This document shows, piece by piece, positions 34,135 to 43,486 of a DNA stretch of 53,947 nt. Source of the DNA: an uncultured Bacilli bacterium (GTDB lineage Bacteria; Bacillota_I; Bacilli_A; RF39; UBA660); contig CANRCN010000002.1 in the NCBI GenBank assembly GCA_947629135.1, positions 1 to 53,947 of the forward strand, written 5' to 3'. Under the pieces are notes generated by a model. It was given only the letters and a program-made list of their open reading frames with translations, did no database searches and had not been told where the DNA came from. The translations under genes and the position numbers were made by a program. Positions within the stretch are counted from its first letter, which is position 1. Each line of letters begins with the position of its first letter.

Positions 34135-34764
34135 ATGAAAAGAAAAATTATTTTAATTATTTTGGTTTTTATTTTTAATTTAGTATGGGTTAATGCTATT
34201 TCAATAACTAATGAACTTGCTGCTACTCACGATTTTGTAATTCAAACAAGTAAGAAGACAAATTTAAAAAATAATCCTCTTATGGAAGATTTGGATGTAA
34301 TGTTAAAGACAAACCTTTCTTATCAAGGTGAAGATGCTGTTAAAATTGGACATAAAATTGATAACTTCTTAAAAGATAAGATGGAAGGTAAGGGTGAAGT
34401 AATTTCAAAATATGCTATTAATAGTAAACTTGATCCTTATTTGGTTGCTAGTATGATAATTGAAGAATCAGGCTGTGACTCTGAATGTAGTTTTTTAGTT
34501 GATAAATGTAATAATATTGGTAAACTTTATTATAATGAAAAAAGCTTAGGGCAAAAAGCTTGTCTTGGAGGTTATTATCAACAATTCGATTCAATAGAAG
34601 ATTCTGTTAGAAGTTATGTTAGATATGTTAAGGAAAATTTCTATGATAAAGAATTAACTAATTTAAATGATATTTATAAAGTTTATAAAAAAGATGTTAG
34701 ATGGTTATTCAGAGTTAATGAAAGAATGAATAATATAAAAAAATCAACTCCTTATGAAAGTTGA
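34135..34764 (+). CDS. Secreted GH73 / glucosaminidase-like cell-wall hydrolase
   Basis: The protein has a signal peptide, LDPYLVASMIIEESG (candidate catalytic Glu), NNIGKLYY, and FDSIEDSVRSYVRYV, which resembles the glucosaminidase-domain tail. Confidence 0.45.
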   Translation: MKRKIILIILVFIFNLVWVNAISITNELAATHDFVIQTSKKTNLKNNPLMEDLDVMLKTNLSYQGEDAVKIGHKIDNFLKDKMEGKGEVISKYAINSKLDPYLVASMIIEESGCDSECSFLVDKCNNIGKLYYNEKSLGQKACLGGYYQQFDSIEDSVRSYVRYVKENFYDKELTNLNDIYKVYKKDVRWLFRVNERMNNIKKSTPYES

Positions 34765-34768
34765 TTTT

Positions 34769-35500
34769 TTAATTTAATTTAAATTTAATAGATAAGTTAG
34801 GATATTCTTCATCTTTTTTCATTCCTTCGGTTAATTCAAATTCTTTAAATAAGTATAAATCTCCTTTATTATCTATATGAAGTTTTAAATCCTCAATAGT
34901 TAAACCATCATATTCAAGCATTTTCAGATAATCATTAAAAGAAACACTTAAATCTAACCACTCATGTTCTAAATCATATTTATAAAAATCATTAAATCTT
35001 CCTAAAACAATAGATGTAATATCATTTAAAGTAACATTATATTTATTTAATATTTCTAAATTAGAAAGTAATTGATTACTATTAGTATCTATATTATATG
35101 TTTTATATTCAAGATAAGCTAAATCATCATCTGTTTCGTAACTTATATTAAGAGCTACTGATAAAATATTATCATTTAAACTAGCATCATAATCAATAAC
35201 CCCATCTTGAAAACAAGCTCGAAGAAGAAAATTATACATTATTTCTTCATTAATTTTATTATAAGTATCATTATTTAAGTTAAAATAAGGAATTTTGTTA
35301 TATTCTAAAACATAATCTAAATCACAGGAATTATCATCTAATGTAATATCACCTTTTTTAATTCTAGATACATAAGAAGATATTAGTACATTGTTATTAT
35401 TTTTTTTATTATTAGTAAAAATTGATAGTATTATTAATATAATAATAAGACTTAATACAATAAAAATACCTATTTTATTTTTTAAAATATATTCTTTCAT
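34769..35500 (-). CDS. Membrane-anchored hypothetical protein
   Basis: The gene has an AAGGAG RBS and one N-terminal TM segment, and lies 9 nt downstream of the M15 peptidase gene, so it is probably in the same operon. Confidence 0.5.
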   Translation of the reverse strand: MKEYILKNKIGIFIVLSLIIILIILSIFTNNKKNNNNVLISSYVSRIKKGDITLDDNSCDLDYVLEYNKIPYFNLNNDTYNKINEEIMYNFLLRACFQDGVIDYDASLNDNILSVALNISYETDDDLAYLEYKTYNIDTNSNQLLSNLEILNKYNVTLNDITSIVLGRFNDFYKYDLEHEWLDLSVSFNDYLKMLEYDGLTIEDLKLHIDNKGDLYLFKEFELTEGMKKDEEYPNLSIKFKLN

Positions 35501-35509
35501 AGTAACTCC

Positions 35510-36490
35510 TTAATATTTTTTAAGATTTAAAGGTTCAAGGTGCCAATCTTCTTTATATGAAGCATTTAAAAGAGGGAAGGTTAATCCATAATCTTTTGCA
35601 TGCTCATGAGCCCATTTCATACCTGGACAATTTTTATAATTTCTACCACTTCCACATTTAGTTGTAGAATTTTTATAAAAATCAACATCACTTGCAATAC
35701 CCCAGCCATGATTAGATCTACCAGGCTTAGCAGCTCGACCTGGTTCCGCTCTTTTATAAAAATCAACTTGATAGTCATAACTTCGACAACCTTGATTAGA
35801 ATAATTTATATTATAACCTGCAGCTTTTAAACCTTCACGAAAGTTTTGAAGCATTGTCCAAAAGTAGTTATTATATCCATATTTATTATTATAACCTTTT
35901 TTTAAAGCATTACTTCCTGGACAATCTTTTCCAGAATAAGTACTGGAATTGCCAGAACGATATTTAGGTGCATAAAAAACTCCATTTTTAATATATACAT
36001 GATTTTGTTTATTCATATCTGTTGTTGTATCATTATAAGTTCCTTGATTAGAACTTTGATTTCTTTTTAAATTTTCTTCTTGCATAGCTTTTAACTGGGC
36101 ATTATAAATTTGACTATTTAATAATGCTTGTTTTCGACTAGCTTCATCGGCTTCTTTTAATTTTAGATTTTCTTCTTCTTCTAATTTACTAGCAAGTTCT
36201 AAAGAAGCTTCACTATAACAGCTTGCAAAGTTAGAAGAAGTAGTATTAATATTTAAAAGTTCAAATATTAAAGTAATAAAAGTAGGAATACAGAAAACTA
36301 AAATAGCAGCAAACATTCTCCTACCAATTTTTTTAATATTACTATAATTTTCATCATTGCCGTTTATTAAGTTTTTATATAAATCAATTGCTGTCATAAT
36401 AATTAGTCCAATTGGAATAATAAATTTTATAATAGATAAAGTAGTTTTAAATAAGTATAATATTCTAACAATTAAAGGATTACTACACAT
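35510..36490 (-). CDS. Membrane-bound M15 (VanY / D-Ala-D-Ala carboxypeptidase-like, LAS fold) peptidase
   Basis: ATG 36490 follows GGTGA. The protein has two or three N-terminal TM segments and a coiled coil. The motifs PGRSNHGWGIASDVD (SxHxxGxAxD-like) and YKEDWHLEP (E.WH) are present. Confidence 0.7.
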   Translation of the reverse strand: MCSNPLIVRILYLFKTTLSIIKFIIPIGLIIMTAIDLYKNLINGNDENYSNIKKIGRRMFAAILVFCIPTFITLIFELLNINTTSSNFASCYSEASLELASKLEEEENLKLKEADEASRKQALLNSQIYNAQLKAMQEENLKRNQSSNQGTYNDTTTDMNKQNHVYIKNGVFYAPKYRSGNSSTYSGKDCPGSNALKKGYNNKYGYNNYFWTMLQNFREGLKAAGYNINYSNQGCRSYDYQVDFYKRAEPGRAAKPGRSNHGWGIASDVDFYKNSTTKCGSGRNYKNCPGMKWAHEHAKDYGLTFPLLNASYKEDWHLEPLNLKKY

Positions 36491-36571
36491 AAATATCACC
36501 AATTAAATTTTATCAAATAAATATGTAAATGTCAAAAGTTAAAAAAGTTTATTTGAAGTATGTGTAAAAGT

Positions 36572-36620
36572 CTTGATAAATTAGCGATTCATGATATAAT
36601 ATTATTGAAAATAGAAAGAG
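36572..36620 (+). promoter_or_regulatory. Promoter block shared with 16929-16977
   Basis: The -35 is TTGATA (36573-36578), then 16 nt, then TGATATAAT (-10 at 36595-36600), followed by ATTATTGAAAATAGAAAG. Confidence 0.55.
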
Positions 36621-36698
36621 TGTAGTTTCATAGGATAAGAGAAAAAGTCAAGTATAAAGAATATATATTTCATAATTTATTTATCAAAGGAGGATTAA

Positions 36699-39600
36699 AT
36701 GATCGAAGTCATGAAAAAGAGAAATAAGACTATAATAATATCAATAATGGTTGCTTTGTTATTAGTACTAATAACTAGTGTAACTTATGCAATATTGGTA
36801 TATTCCAAATCTGGGACTAATCAATTGTTAGTTGCTGGAGATGTATATTTAAAATATACTGAAGGTGTTGATACAATTAATATTGTAAATGCAATGCCTG
36901 CTTCAACTTACAATGAAGAAGAGTTTTTTGAATTTACAATTGAGGGAAAAAATACATTTACGAAACCTATTTATTATGAAATAGTAATAAGTCATGGAGA
37001 TGAATTAGAGGATAGACATACTAGAATCCCAGATGAATTTTTAAGCTTTAGATTGACTGAACAATTACCAGGAGGAGAAGAAACTGAAGTAATCCAAGAA
37101 GGAAATTATTCTGATTTTGCAAGTGGAAAAAGTATATGGGTAAATACAGTTGCTGCAGGTCAAAAAGAAAATACAAAAGTAACATATAAATTATATATGT
37201 GGGTATCAGATGAAATGCATCTAGGCTCAGGAGATGATGTAAGTATATCTGATATGGATATGGAAAAGTGGGCTAAAGATGCATATGCTAGTGTGAAAGT
37301 AACAGTCGATGGTGATTTTAATGTAAAACATGCATCTCTTAGAGCAGTTGAAAAAATTAAATCAAGTATAGGAACATTTGGAGGAGTAACTGCTGTTGTT
37401 GAAAAAGAAGATTCAGTTGAAGCAGTAACTGAAAAGAAAAAAGATATAAATGCAAGAGAATATAGATTTTCTGGAAACATTTTAAATAATCATGTTTACT
37501 TTAATTGTAAAGCTTCAACTACTTATATGAATGCCAAAGAAAATTGCGAAATTTGGAGGATAATTGGAGTATTTAAAGATGAAAAAGGAAAAGAACATAT
37601 AAAATTAGTAAGAAATGAAAAATTGCTTTCTAGTGCATATCCAACTACTTACACCTCAAATGGTGAAACCTTTTCTATTAAAGGCAATACTAATAATACA
37701 GCTTATTGGGATCAAATTCCATATAGAACCGCTTTTAATAATTGGGAAGATTCAGGACTTAAACATTGGTTAAATTCTGATGGAGAAGAAGGTGGATATT
37801 ATAATTCTTTATCAGAGACATCTAAAAATATGATAGAAGATGCAACATATTATTTAGGAAATGTTACAGGATCAGATTCAGCTTATACTGAATATAAAAA
37901 TGAAAGAAACCAAACATTATGCCCAGAAAATGTTAAAAGCCTTTCTGATCAAAGTAATTGTTATGTTTGGTATGGTAATTCACCTACTTGGACGGGAAAA
38001 ATTTCATTAATGCAGTTAAGTGATTATTTATTTGCTTTTGATAGTAGTTCTTGGAATTCAGTACCAGAAGAAGGGTATTCATCAATAAAAAGTCAAAATT
38101 GGTTAAATGTTGCACGTGTATCATCCGAATGGCTTTTATCTCCAACTCATAACAAAAATTCAGCAGTATCTGTAATATTTTCTTCTAGTAATTTGAATTG
38201 GTTAGATGCAGTGAATTCTTCAGAAGTACGACCTGTTGTTACTTTAAAATCAAGTGTTTTATTTTCTAATGGTAACGGAAGTAGTGCTGATCCATATTTA
38301 TTTGAAGATGATACTATATATGAGAAAGCAAGTGCTGTAACAACAATAAAAAATACTTTAGGTCAATCAGGTGGTATAATAGGAGTAACTAATAACAATG
38401 CTAAAACTACTTCACTAAGTGATGAAATAAGAGAATATAGATATTCTGGATTAAATGTAAATAATTATATATATTTTAATTGTAAAGATAATAATCTACA
38501 AAGTAGCGATAATTGTGAAGTTTGGAGAATTTTAGGTATATTTAAAGATGAAAAAGGTGATGAACATTTAAAAATAGTTTATAATAATGTTCTATCACGA
38601 TCAACAGAAAATATGCCTGCCTTAACATATTTAGTTAATGGAAAAGTTCTTAATCTTAAAAGTGATCTTAATTTAGTTACTTTTTATTGGGATAAGCTTA
38701 ATAATTCTAATGATTGGTCTACAGCAGTTATACAATATTGGTTAAATTCTAAAGGAAGTTTAGAAGATGGGTTTTTTAGATCATTAAGTATAAATTCTCA
38801 AAATATGATTGCAGATACAAAATATTATTTAGGTAGTTTAACATCAGCTTCAAACGTTTATATAGATGATACTCCAGCACAAGCTTATAAATATGAAAGA
38901 GCTGTAAGTGGATGTATTGATAATAAAGGACTTGAAAAAAACACTAGTAAAGATAATATAATAAGTAGTGAAACATGTCGAGTATGGGCTAACAAAGCTG
39001 CAAGTTGGACAGGAAAAATAGGACTAATGTATCCATCAGATTATGGATTTTCAGCAGATAGTCAATATTGGAATACAAAATTAGGAAAAGGTTTTTTTGA
39101 AGGAACACCAGCTAGTACAAGTTGGATATATACAAATGCTAATTTTAAAAGCCAGGAATGGTTATTAAATCCTAATACTGCAGGAAATGAATATGCTACA
39201 ATTTTACGTGAAGGTCGAGTTTCTAATATGACATCAAATGATGCAAAAAGTGCGAGACCAACTGCCTATCTAAAAAAAGATGTTGTTATTTCATCTGGCT
39301 CTGGTAGTGCTACGGATCCTTATCAATTAGCATATGAAAAATCAAATTTAGTATTAACTAGTTTAAATGGAAAGATTCCTGTTAATGGAGAAATAACCTT
39401 TACTGCAAGAGACATTGTTGGTGGTGTTTATAGTGTAAGTACCCTTGATGAAAATATAGCTCAAGCAACTGCAAAAATTAATAATGGTAATTCAACACCA
39501 ATTACAGTAAAGGGGTTAAAGCCAGGTACGACTAGTATAAAAGTAACTCATACTCCTGCTAATAAAGTTTATGATGTTCAAACAGCTTATTATACTATAA

Positions 39601-40598
39601 CAATAACAAATGAAGGTTATGCTACTGATACTATAAAAGCAACACTTGGAAAAGAGAAAGGAATAATAGGTGTAACTAGAGCAAATACAAAAGTAACTAT
39701 TCAAGATGATAGCATAAGAGAATATAGATATTCAGGTGCAAATGTAAACAATTATGTTTATTTCAATTGTAAAGATAATGAAGAACAAAATAAAGAAAAT
39801 TGTGAAACTTGGAGAATAATCGGAATCTTCAGGGATGATAATAAAGTAGAAACTATAAAAATAACAAGAAACGATGTTATATCTGTAGATCAATTTCCTG
39901 AAAAATATACATATGAAGATGAAGACTACTTAGTAAAAGGACATTTTAATGATGAAAGAGCTTATTGGAATGGAAAAGAGAATACCAGAAGTAGTGATTG
40001 GAGCAAGGCCAGCTTAAACTACTGGTTAAATTCTGCAGGATCAGATGTTGGATATTTGAAAACCTTATCAGGTACTTCTCAAAAAATGATAGCTAAAACC
40101 AAATATCGATTAGGACTTTTTCAAACTAATATGAGTGCTGGAGTTTCCTATAGACTAGAACGAGGTGGTTTGAGTTGTAGTAGTGATACATCTTGTAATC
40201 CAGGATATGTTTGGAAAGGGAATTCAGCAACATGGGAAGGAGAAATCGCATTGATGTATCCAAGCGATGTAGGGTTTAGTTTTGATAGCAGTTATTGGAA
40301 TACTAAAGCTTTATATGATTATTATCTTGAAGATATTCAGAAAAGTGGATGGATGAAAGAAATGTTTGATAAAATAGCTGATAGAGGAGAATGGCTATTA
40401 TCTCCATCTACAAATGCTTCAGATAAAATTGGAATTCTTGATCCAAATAAAAGAATATCTTTGGAATCTGGTGTTGTTAGTATTAGATCAACTGAAGGAC
40501 TTGCTGATGTAAGACCAACTCTACATTTAGTACCAACAGTTAAGATAATAAATGGTATTGGCTCAGCTGAAGATCCTTATCAATTAGAATTAAAATAA
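36699..40598 (+). CDS. Giant modular surface protein, paralog B (N-domain, 2 modules, Ig-like domain, module)
   Basis: The gene has an AGGAGG RBS. Its N-terminal roughly 200 aa are collinear with paralog A. REY[RF][YF]SG motifs begin at 37455, 38430 and 39717, and a terminator follows. Confidence 0.8.
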   Translation: MIEVMKKRNKTIIISIMVALLLVLITSVTYAILVYSKSGTNQLLVAGDVYLKYTEGVDTINIVNAMPASTYNEEEFFEFTIEGKNTFTKPIYYEIVISHGDELEDRHTRIPDEFLSFRLTEQLPGGEETEVIQEGNYSDFASGKSIWVNTVAAGQKENTKVTYKLYMWVSDEMHLGSGDDVSISDMDMEKWAKDAYASVKVTVDGDFNVKHASLRAVEKIKSSIGTFGGVTAVVEKEDSVEAVTEKKKDINAREYRFSGNILNNHVYFNCKASTTYMNAKENCEIWRIIGVFKDEKGKEHIKLVRNEKLLSSAYPTTYTSNGETFSIKGNTNNTAYWDQIPYRTAFNNWEDSGLKHWLNSDGEEGGYYNSLSETSKNMIEDATYYLGNVTGSDSAYTEYKNERNQTLCPENVKSLSDQSNCYVWYGNSPTWTGKISLMQLSDYLFAFDSSSWNSVPEEGYSSIKSQNWLNVARVSSEWLLSPTHNKNSAVSVIFSSSNLNWLDAVNSSEVRPVVTLKSSVLFSNGNGSSADPYLFEDDTIYEKASAVTTIKNTLGQSGGIIGVTNNNAKTTSLSDEIREYRYSGLNVNNYIYFNCKDNNLQSSDNCEVWRILGIFKDEKGDEHLKIVYNNVLSRSTENMPALTYLVNGKVLNLKSDLNLVTFYWDKLNNSNDWSTAVIQYWLNSKGSLEDGFFRSLSINSQNMIADTKYYLGSLTSASNVYIDDTPAQAYKYERAVSGCIDNKGLEKNTSKDNIISSETCRVWANKAASWTGKIGLMYPSDYGFSADSQYWNTKLGKGFFEGTPASTSWIYTNANFKSQEWLLNPNTAGNEYATILREGRVSNMTSNDAKSARPTAYLKKDVVISSGSGSATDPYQLAYEKSNLVLTSLNGKIPVNGEITFTARDIVGGVYSVSTLDENIAQATAKINNGNSTPITVKGLKPGTTSIKVTHTPANKVYDVQTAYYTITITNEGYATDTIKATLGKEKGIIGVTRANTKVTIQDDSIREYRYSGANVNNYVYFNCKDNEEQNKENCETWRIIGIFRDDNKVETIKITRNDVISVDQFPEKYTYEDEDYLVKGHFNDERAYWNGKENTRSSDWSKASLNYWLNSAGSDVGYLKTLSGTSQKMIAKTKYRLGLFQTNMSAGVSYRLERGGLSCSSDTSCNPGYVWKGNSATWEGEIALMYPSDVGFSFDSSYWNTKALYDYYLEDIQKSGWMKEMFDKIADRGEWLLSPSTNASDKIGILDPNKRISLESGVVSIRSTEGLADVRPTLHLVPTVKIINGIGSAEDPYQLELK
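37332..38327 (+). repeat. Intragenic module B1, boundaries approximate
   Basis: The module runs from ASLRAVEKIKSSIGTFGGV through AREYRFSGNILNNHVYFNCKA to VRPVVTLKSSVLFSNGNGSSADPYLF. Confidence 0.55.
38328..39338 (+). repeat. Intragenic module B2, boundaries approximate
   Basis: The module runs from ASAVTTIKNTLGQSGGIIGV through IREYRYSGLNVNNYIYFNCKD to ARPTAYLKKDVVISSGSGSATDPYQL. Confidence 0.6.
39615..40595 (+). repeat. Intragenic module B3, boundaries approximate
   Basis: The module runs from GYATDTIKATLGKEKGIIGV through IREYRYSGANVNNYVYFNCKD to VRPTLHLVPTVKIINGIGSAEDPYQL. Confidence 0.6.
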
Positions 40599-40608
40599 TG
40601 AATAAGAA

Positions 40609-40647
40609 ATCTAGTATAAAATTAGAATAACATACTAGATTTTTTTA
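40609..40647 (+). terminator. Rho-independent terminator
   Basis: ATCTAGTAT ... ATACTAGAT forms a 9-bp stem followed by T6. Confidence 0.65.
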
Positions 40648-40692
40648 TAAAATAATGTTATAATCTTGTTGGAATTTGAGGAGGTGAACTTT

Positions 40693-42006
40693 ATGAAACT
40701 TAAAACAGTTGCATTAGTTGGAAAACCTAATGTTGGAAAGTCAACCTTATTTAATAAACTAGCAAGAGAAAAAATATCTATTATTGAAGATACACCTGGT
40801 GTTACAAGAGATAGAATATATAGAGAAATAGACTATCTCGATTATAAATTTAATTTAATAGATACTGGTGGTATCGATAAAAGTGTTAGTGATTTTAATA
40901 ATTTGATTGAAATACAAGTCAATATTGCTATTGATGAGGCTGATGTAATAGTTTTCATAGTTGATTCAAAAGAAAGTATTAGTGAAAATGATAGATATCT
41001 TGCTAATGTTTTACATAAAAGTGGAAAAAGAGTTATAGTTGCTTTTAATAAAATAGATAATAAAGAAAGTTTAGTTCATAAATTTGATTACTATGAGTTG
41101 GGATTTTCTGAATATGTTGAAATAAGTGCGGAACATAGTGTTGGGATTACTGAATTGCTTGATATGATTGTTAAAGATTTTCCAAAATATGAAGCTGAAG
41201 AAGATGATAACAGGATTAAGATATCTTTAATAGGACGACCTAATGTTGGTAAAAGTAGTTTAGTTAATAGTATTCTTGGAAGTGACAAATTGATTGTTTC
41301 TAATATAGCTGGTACGACTAGAGATGCAGTTGATACAGTATTTAAATATAACGAAGAAGAATATGTAATAATTGATACAGCTGGAATGCGAAAACGAGGC
41401 AAAATATATGAAAATATAGAAAAATATAGTTTACTTAGAAGCTTGAAAGCTATTGATCGAAGTGATGTTTGCTTGCTTGTAATAGACTATCAAGATGGTA
41501 TTAAGGAACACGATAAGCATATAGCAGGAATAGCTCTTGAAAAAGGAAAAGCTTTAGTAATAATTGTTAATAAGTTTGATAATGTAGATGATGGTAAAAA
41601 ACGTGAATTTACAAAATTGATTCGAAGTGAATTTCAATTTATTCCTTATGTTAATATAGTATTTGTCTCAGCTCTTTTAAAGAAAAGAATTCATTTAATT
41701 ATGCCTGAGATTTTAAAAGCATATGAAAGTGCAACAAGACATATTCAAACTAGTGTTTTAAACGAAGTAATAGGAGAAGCTTACAATTTAAATTTACCTC
41801 CATCATATAAAGGTAAAAGATTAAAAATTTATTATACAGTTCAAGAAGATATAAAACCCCCAAAGTTTACTTTTTATGTTAATAATAAAAATTTAGTTCA
41901 TTTTTCATATTATAGGTATTTAGAAAATAAACTTAGAGAAAGTATTGAACTAGAGGGAACCCCAATTATTTTAAAATTTAAAAATAGGAGAGATTATGAT
42001 AATTAA
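40693..42006 (+). CDS. der: Ribosome-biogenesis GTPase Der (EngA), two GTPase domains plus KH
   Basis: ATG 40693 follows GAGGAGGTGA. GKPNVGKST and GRPNVGKSS are the two G1 motifs, and DTGG and DTAG the two G3 motifs. Confidence 0.9.
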   Translation: MKLKTVALVGKPNVGKSTLFNKLAREKISIIEDTPGVTRDRIYREIDYLDYKFNLIDTGGIDKSVSDFNNLIEIQVNIAIDEADVIVFIVDSKESISENDRYLANVLHKSGKRVIVAFNKIDNKESLVHKFDYYELGFSEYVEISAEHSVGITELLDMIVKDFPKYEAEEDDNRIKISLIGRPNVGKSSLVNSILGSDKLIVSNIAGTTRDAVDTVFKYNEEEYVIIDTAGMRKRGKIYENIEKYSLLRSLKAIDRSDVCLLVIDYQDGIKEHDKHIAGIALEKGKALVIIVNKFDNVDDGKKREFTKLIRSEFQFIPYVNIVFVSALLKKRIHLIMPEILKAYESATRHIQTSVLNEVIGEAYNLNLPPSYKGKRLKIYYTVQEDIKPPKFTFYVNNKNLVHFSYYRYLENKLRESIELEGTPIILKFKNRRDYDN

Positions 42007-42199
42007 AAATGATTTTTTTAACAAAGATAGAGATTATTTAATGAAAGAAAAAGATGGATTAATTAAGTCAGTAGAAAAATTAGATAAAAGATTTCAAAAT
42101 AATGAAGTAGATAGAGAAAAATTTTTAAAACAAAATGAAATTTTTGCAAAAAGACATGAAGAATTAAATAGAAAAATAGAAAAATTAAATAGGAATTAA
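41996..42199 (+). CDS. Small coiled-coil hypothetical protein (67 aa)
   Basis: The gene has an AGGAGA RBS and overlaps the end of der by 11 nt. Confidence 0.45.
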   Translation: MIIKNDFFNKDRDYLMKEKDGLIKSVEKLDKRFQNNEVDREKFLKQNEIFAKRHEELNRKIEKLNRN

Positions 42200-42230
42200 A
42201 AAACTTTCATATAATACTATGGGAGGTTTT

Positions 42231-42467
42231 ATGAACGATAGTATTTTTAAGAAAGTTGAAAAGAAAACTAATATAAATAAAGATACAATTCTTTCACTTG
42301 CTAATAAGCTAAAAAATAATAATTTTAAAGACGAAAAAGTCCTTAATGAAGTAATATCTGAGTTATCTTATATGACTGGAAAAGAAATCAGTGAAGAAAA
42401 GAAAGAAAAGATAATTAATGCTATTAAAAGTGATAAGGTACCTAGTGATATAGAAAACAAATTTTAA
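42231..42467 (+). CDS. SpoVIF-like (stage VI sporulation protein F) small protein
   Basis: ATG 42231 follows GGGAGG. INKDTILSLANKLKNNNFKDEKVLNEVISELSYMTGKEISEEKKEKIINAIKSDKVPSDIE follows the SpoVIF pattern as I remember it. Confidence 0.55.
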   Translation: MNDSIFKKVEKKTNINKDTILSLANKLKNNNFKDEKVLNEVISELSYMTGKEISEEKKEKIINAIKSDKVPSDIENKF

Positions 42468-42477
42468 GGAGAGGTTT

Positions 42478-43398
42478 ATGAAAAAATGCACGGTTATTAT
42501 TAATCCACAAAGTGGTAAAGGATTAAACGAAACAAAAGTTGTTGAATTTCAAAAAATATTATATGAATATAAATATGATGCTAGAATAATTTTTACTTTA
42601 TATAGACATCATGCAGAAGAAATAATAAGTAAGTTAGATGATGATACGGATTTAGTTATTTCAGTTGGAGGAGATGGAACATTTTCTGAGGTTATGAATG
42701 GTAATTTAAAAAGAGAAAAAAGATTACTTCTTGCCCATTTGCCTGTTGGAACTGCTAATGATATTGGACACATGTATGGTCTTGGAAACGATTTACTTAA
42801 TAATTTAAAACTAATTCTTGAAGGAGAAGTAAAAAAAATTGATATTGGATTAATTAATAGTCGAGCATTTACATATGTTGCTTCTTATGGAAAATTTATG
42901 GATATTCCTTATAAAACACCACAAGAATTAAAAAAAAGAATTGGATATATGGCTTATATGATAGAAATTTTAAAGAGAGCTTTTACAAGAATTCCTATGC
43001 ATGAAATAACTTTTACAATTGATGGTGTTAAGCATAAAGGAAAATATACTTTTATTTTAATTTCTAATGCTAATAGAATTGCTGGAATTGATAACTTTTA
43101 TAATGATATAAAGTTGGATGATTATAAATTTGAAGTTATGCTTTGTAGTATAAAAAAGAAAATAGATATTTTAAAAGCAATTTATACTTTAAAAACTAGT
43201 GATATTTCTTATGTATCTGGAATAGAATTATATAAATGTAGTGAAATGAAGATAATATTTAAAGATAAGGATAAAGCTTGGTGTGTTGATGGTGAGGAAT
43301 TTGAAGATCATAAGAATGATTGTGATATAAAATTAAAAAAGGGAATACAAATGTTAATACCAAAGCAAAATATTGATAAACTTTTTATAGAAAAATAA
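42478..43398 (+). CDS. Diacylglycerol/lipid kinase (YegS/BmrU/DagK family)
   Basis: The motifs are VISVGGDGTFSEV and LPVGTANDIG, and the protein is about 300 aa. Confidence 0.8.
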   Translation: MKKCTVIINPQSGKGLNETKVVEFQKILYEYKYDARIIFTLYRHHAEEIISKLDDDTDLVISVGGDGTFSEVMNGNLKREKRLLLAHLPVGTANDIGHMYGLGNDLLNNLKLILEGEVKKIDIGLINSRAFTYVASYGKFMDIPYKTPQELKKRIGYMAYMIEILKRAFTRIPMHEITFTIDGVKHKGKYTFILISNANRIAGIDNFYNDIKLDDYKFEVMLCSIKKKIDILKAIYTLKTSDISYVSGIELYKCSEMKIIFKDKDKAWCVDGEEFEDHKNDCDIKLKKGIQMLIPKQNIDKLFIEK

Positions 43399-43486
43399 TA
43401 TAAAAAGTTTTTTTTGTTAGAGTTACAAAAATGATTGATTTTTATAAAAAACTGTGATATAATGTAGAAAGAAGTGAGGGGATTAT

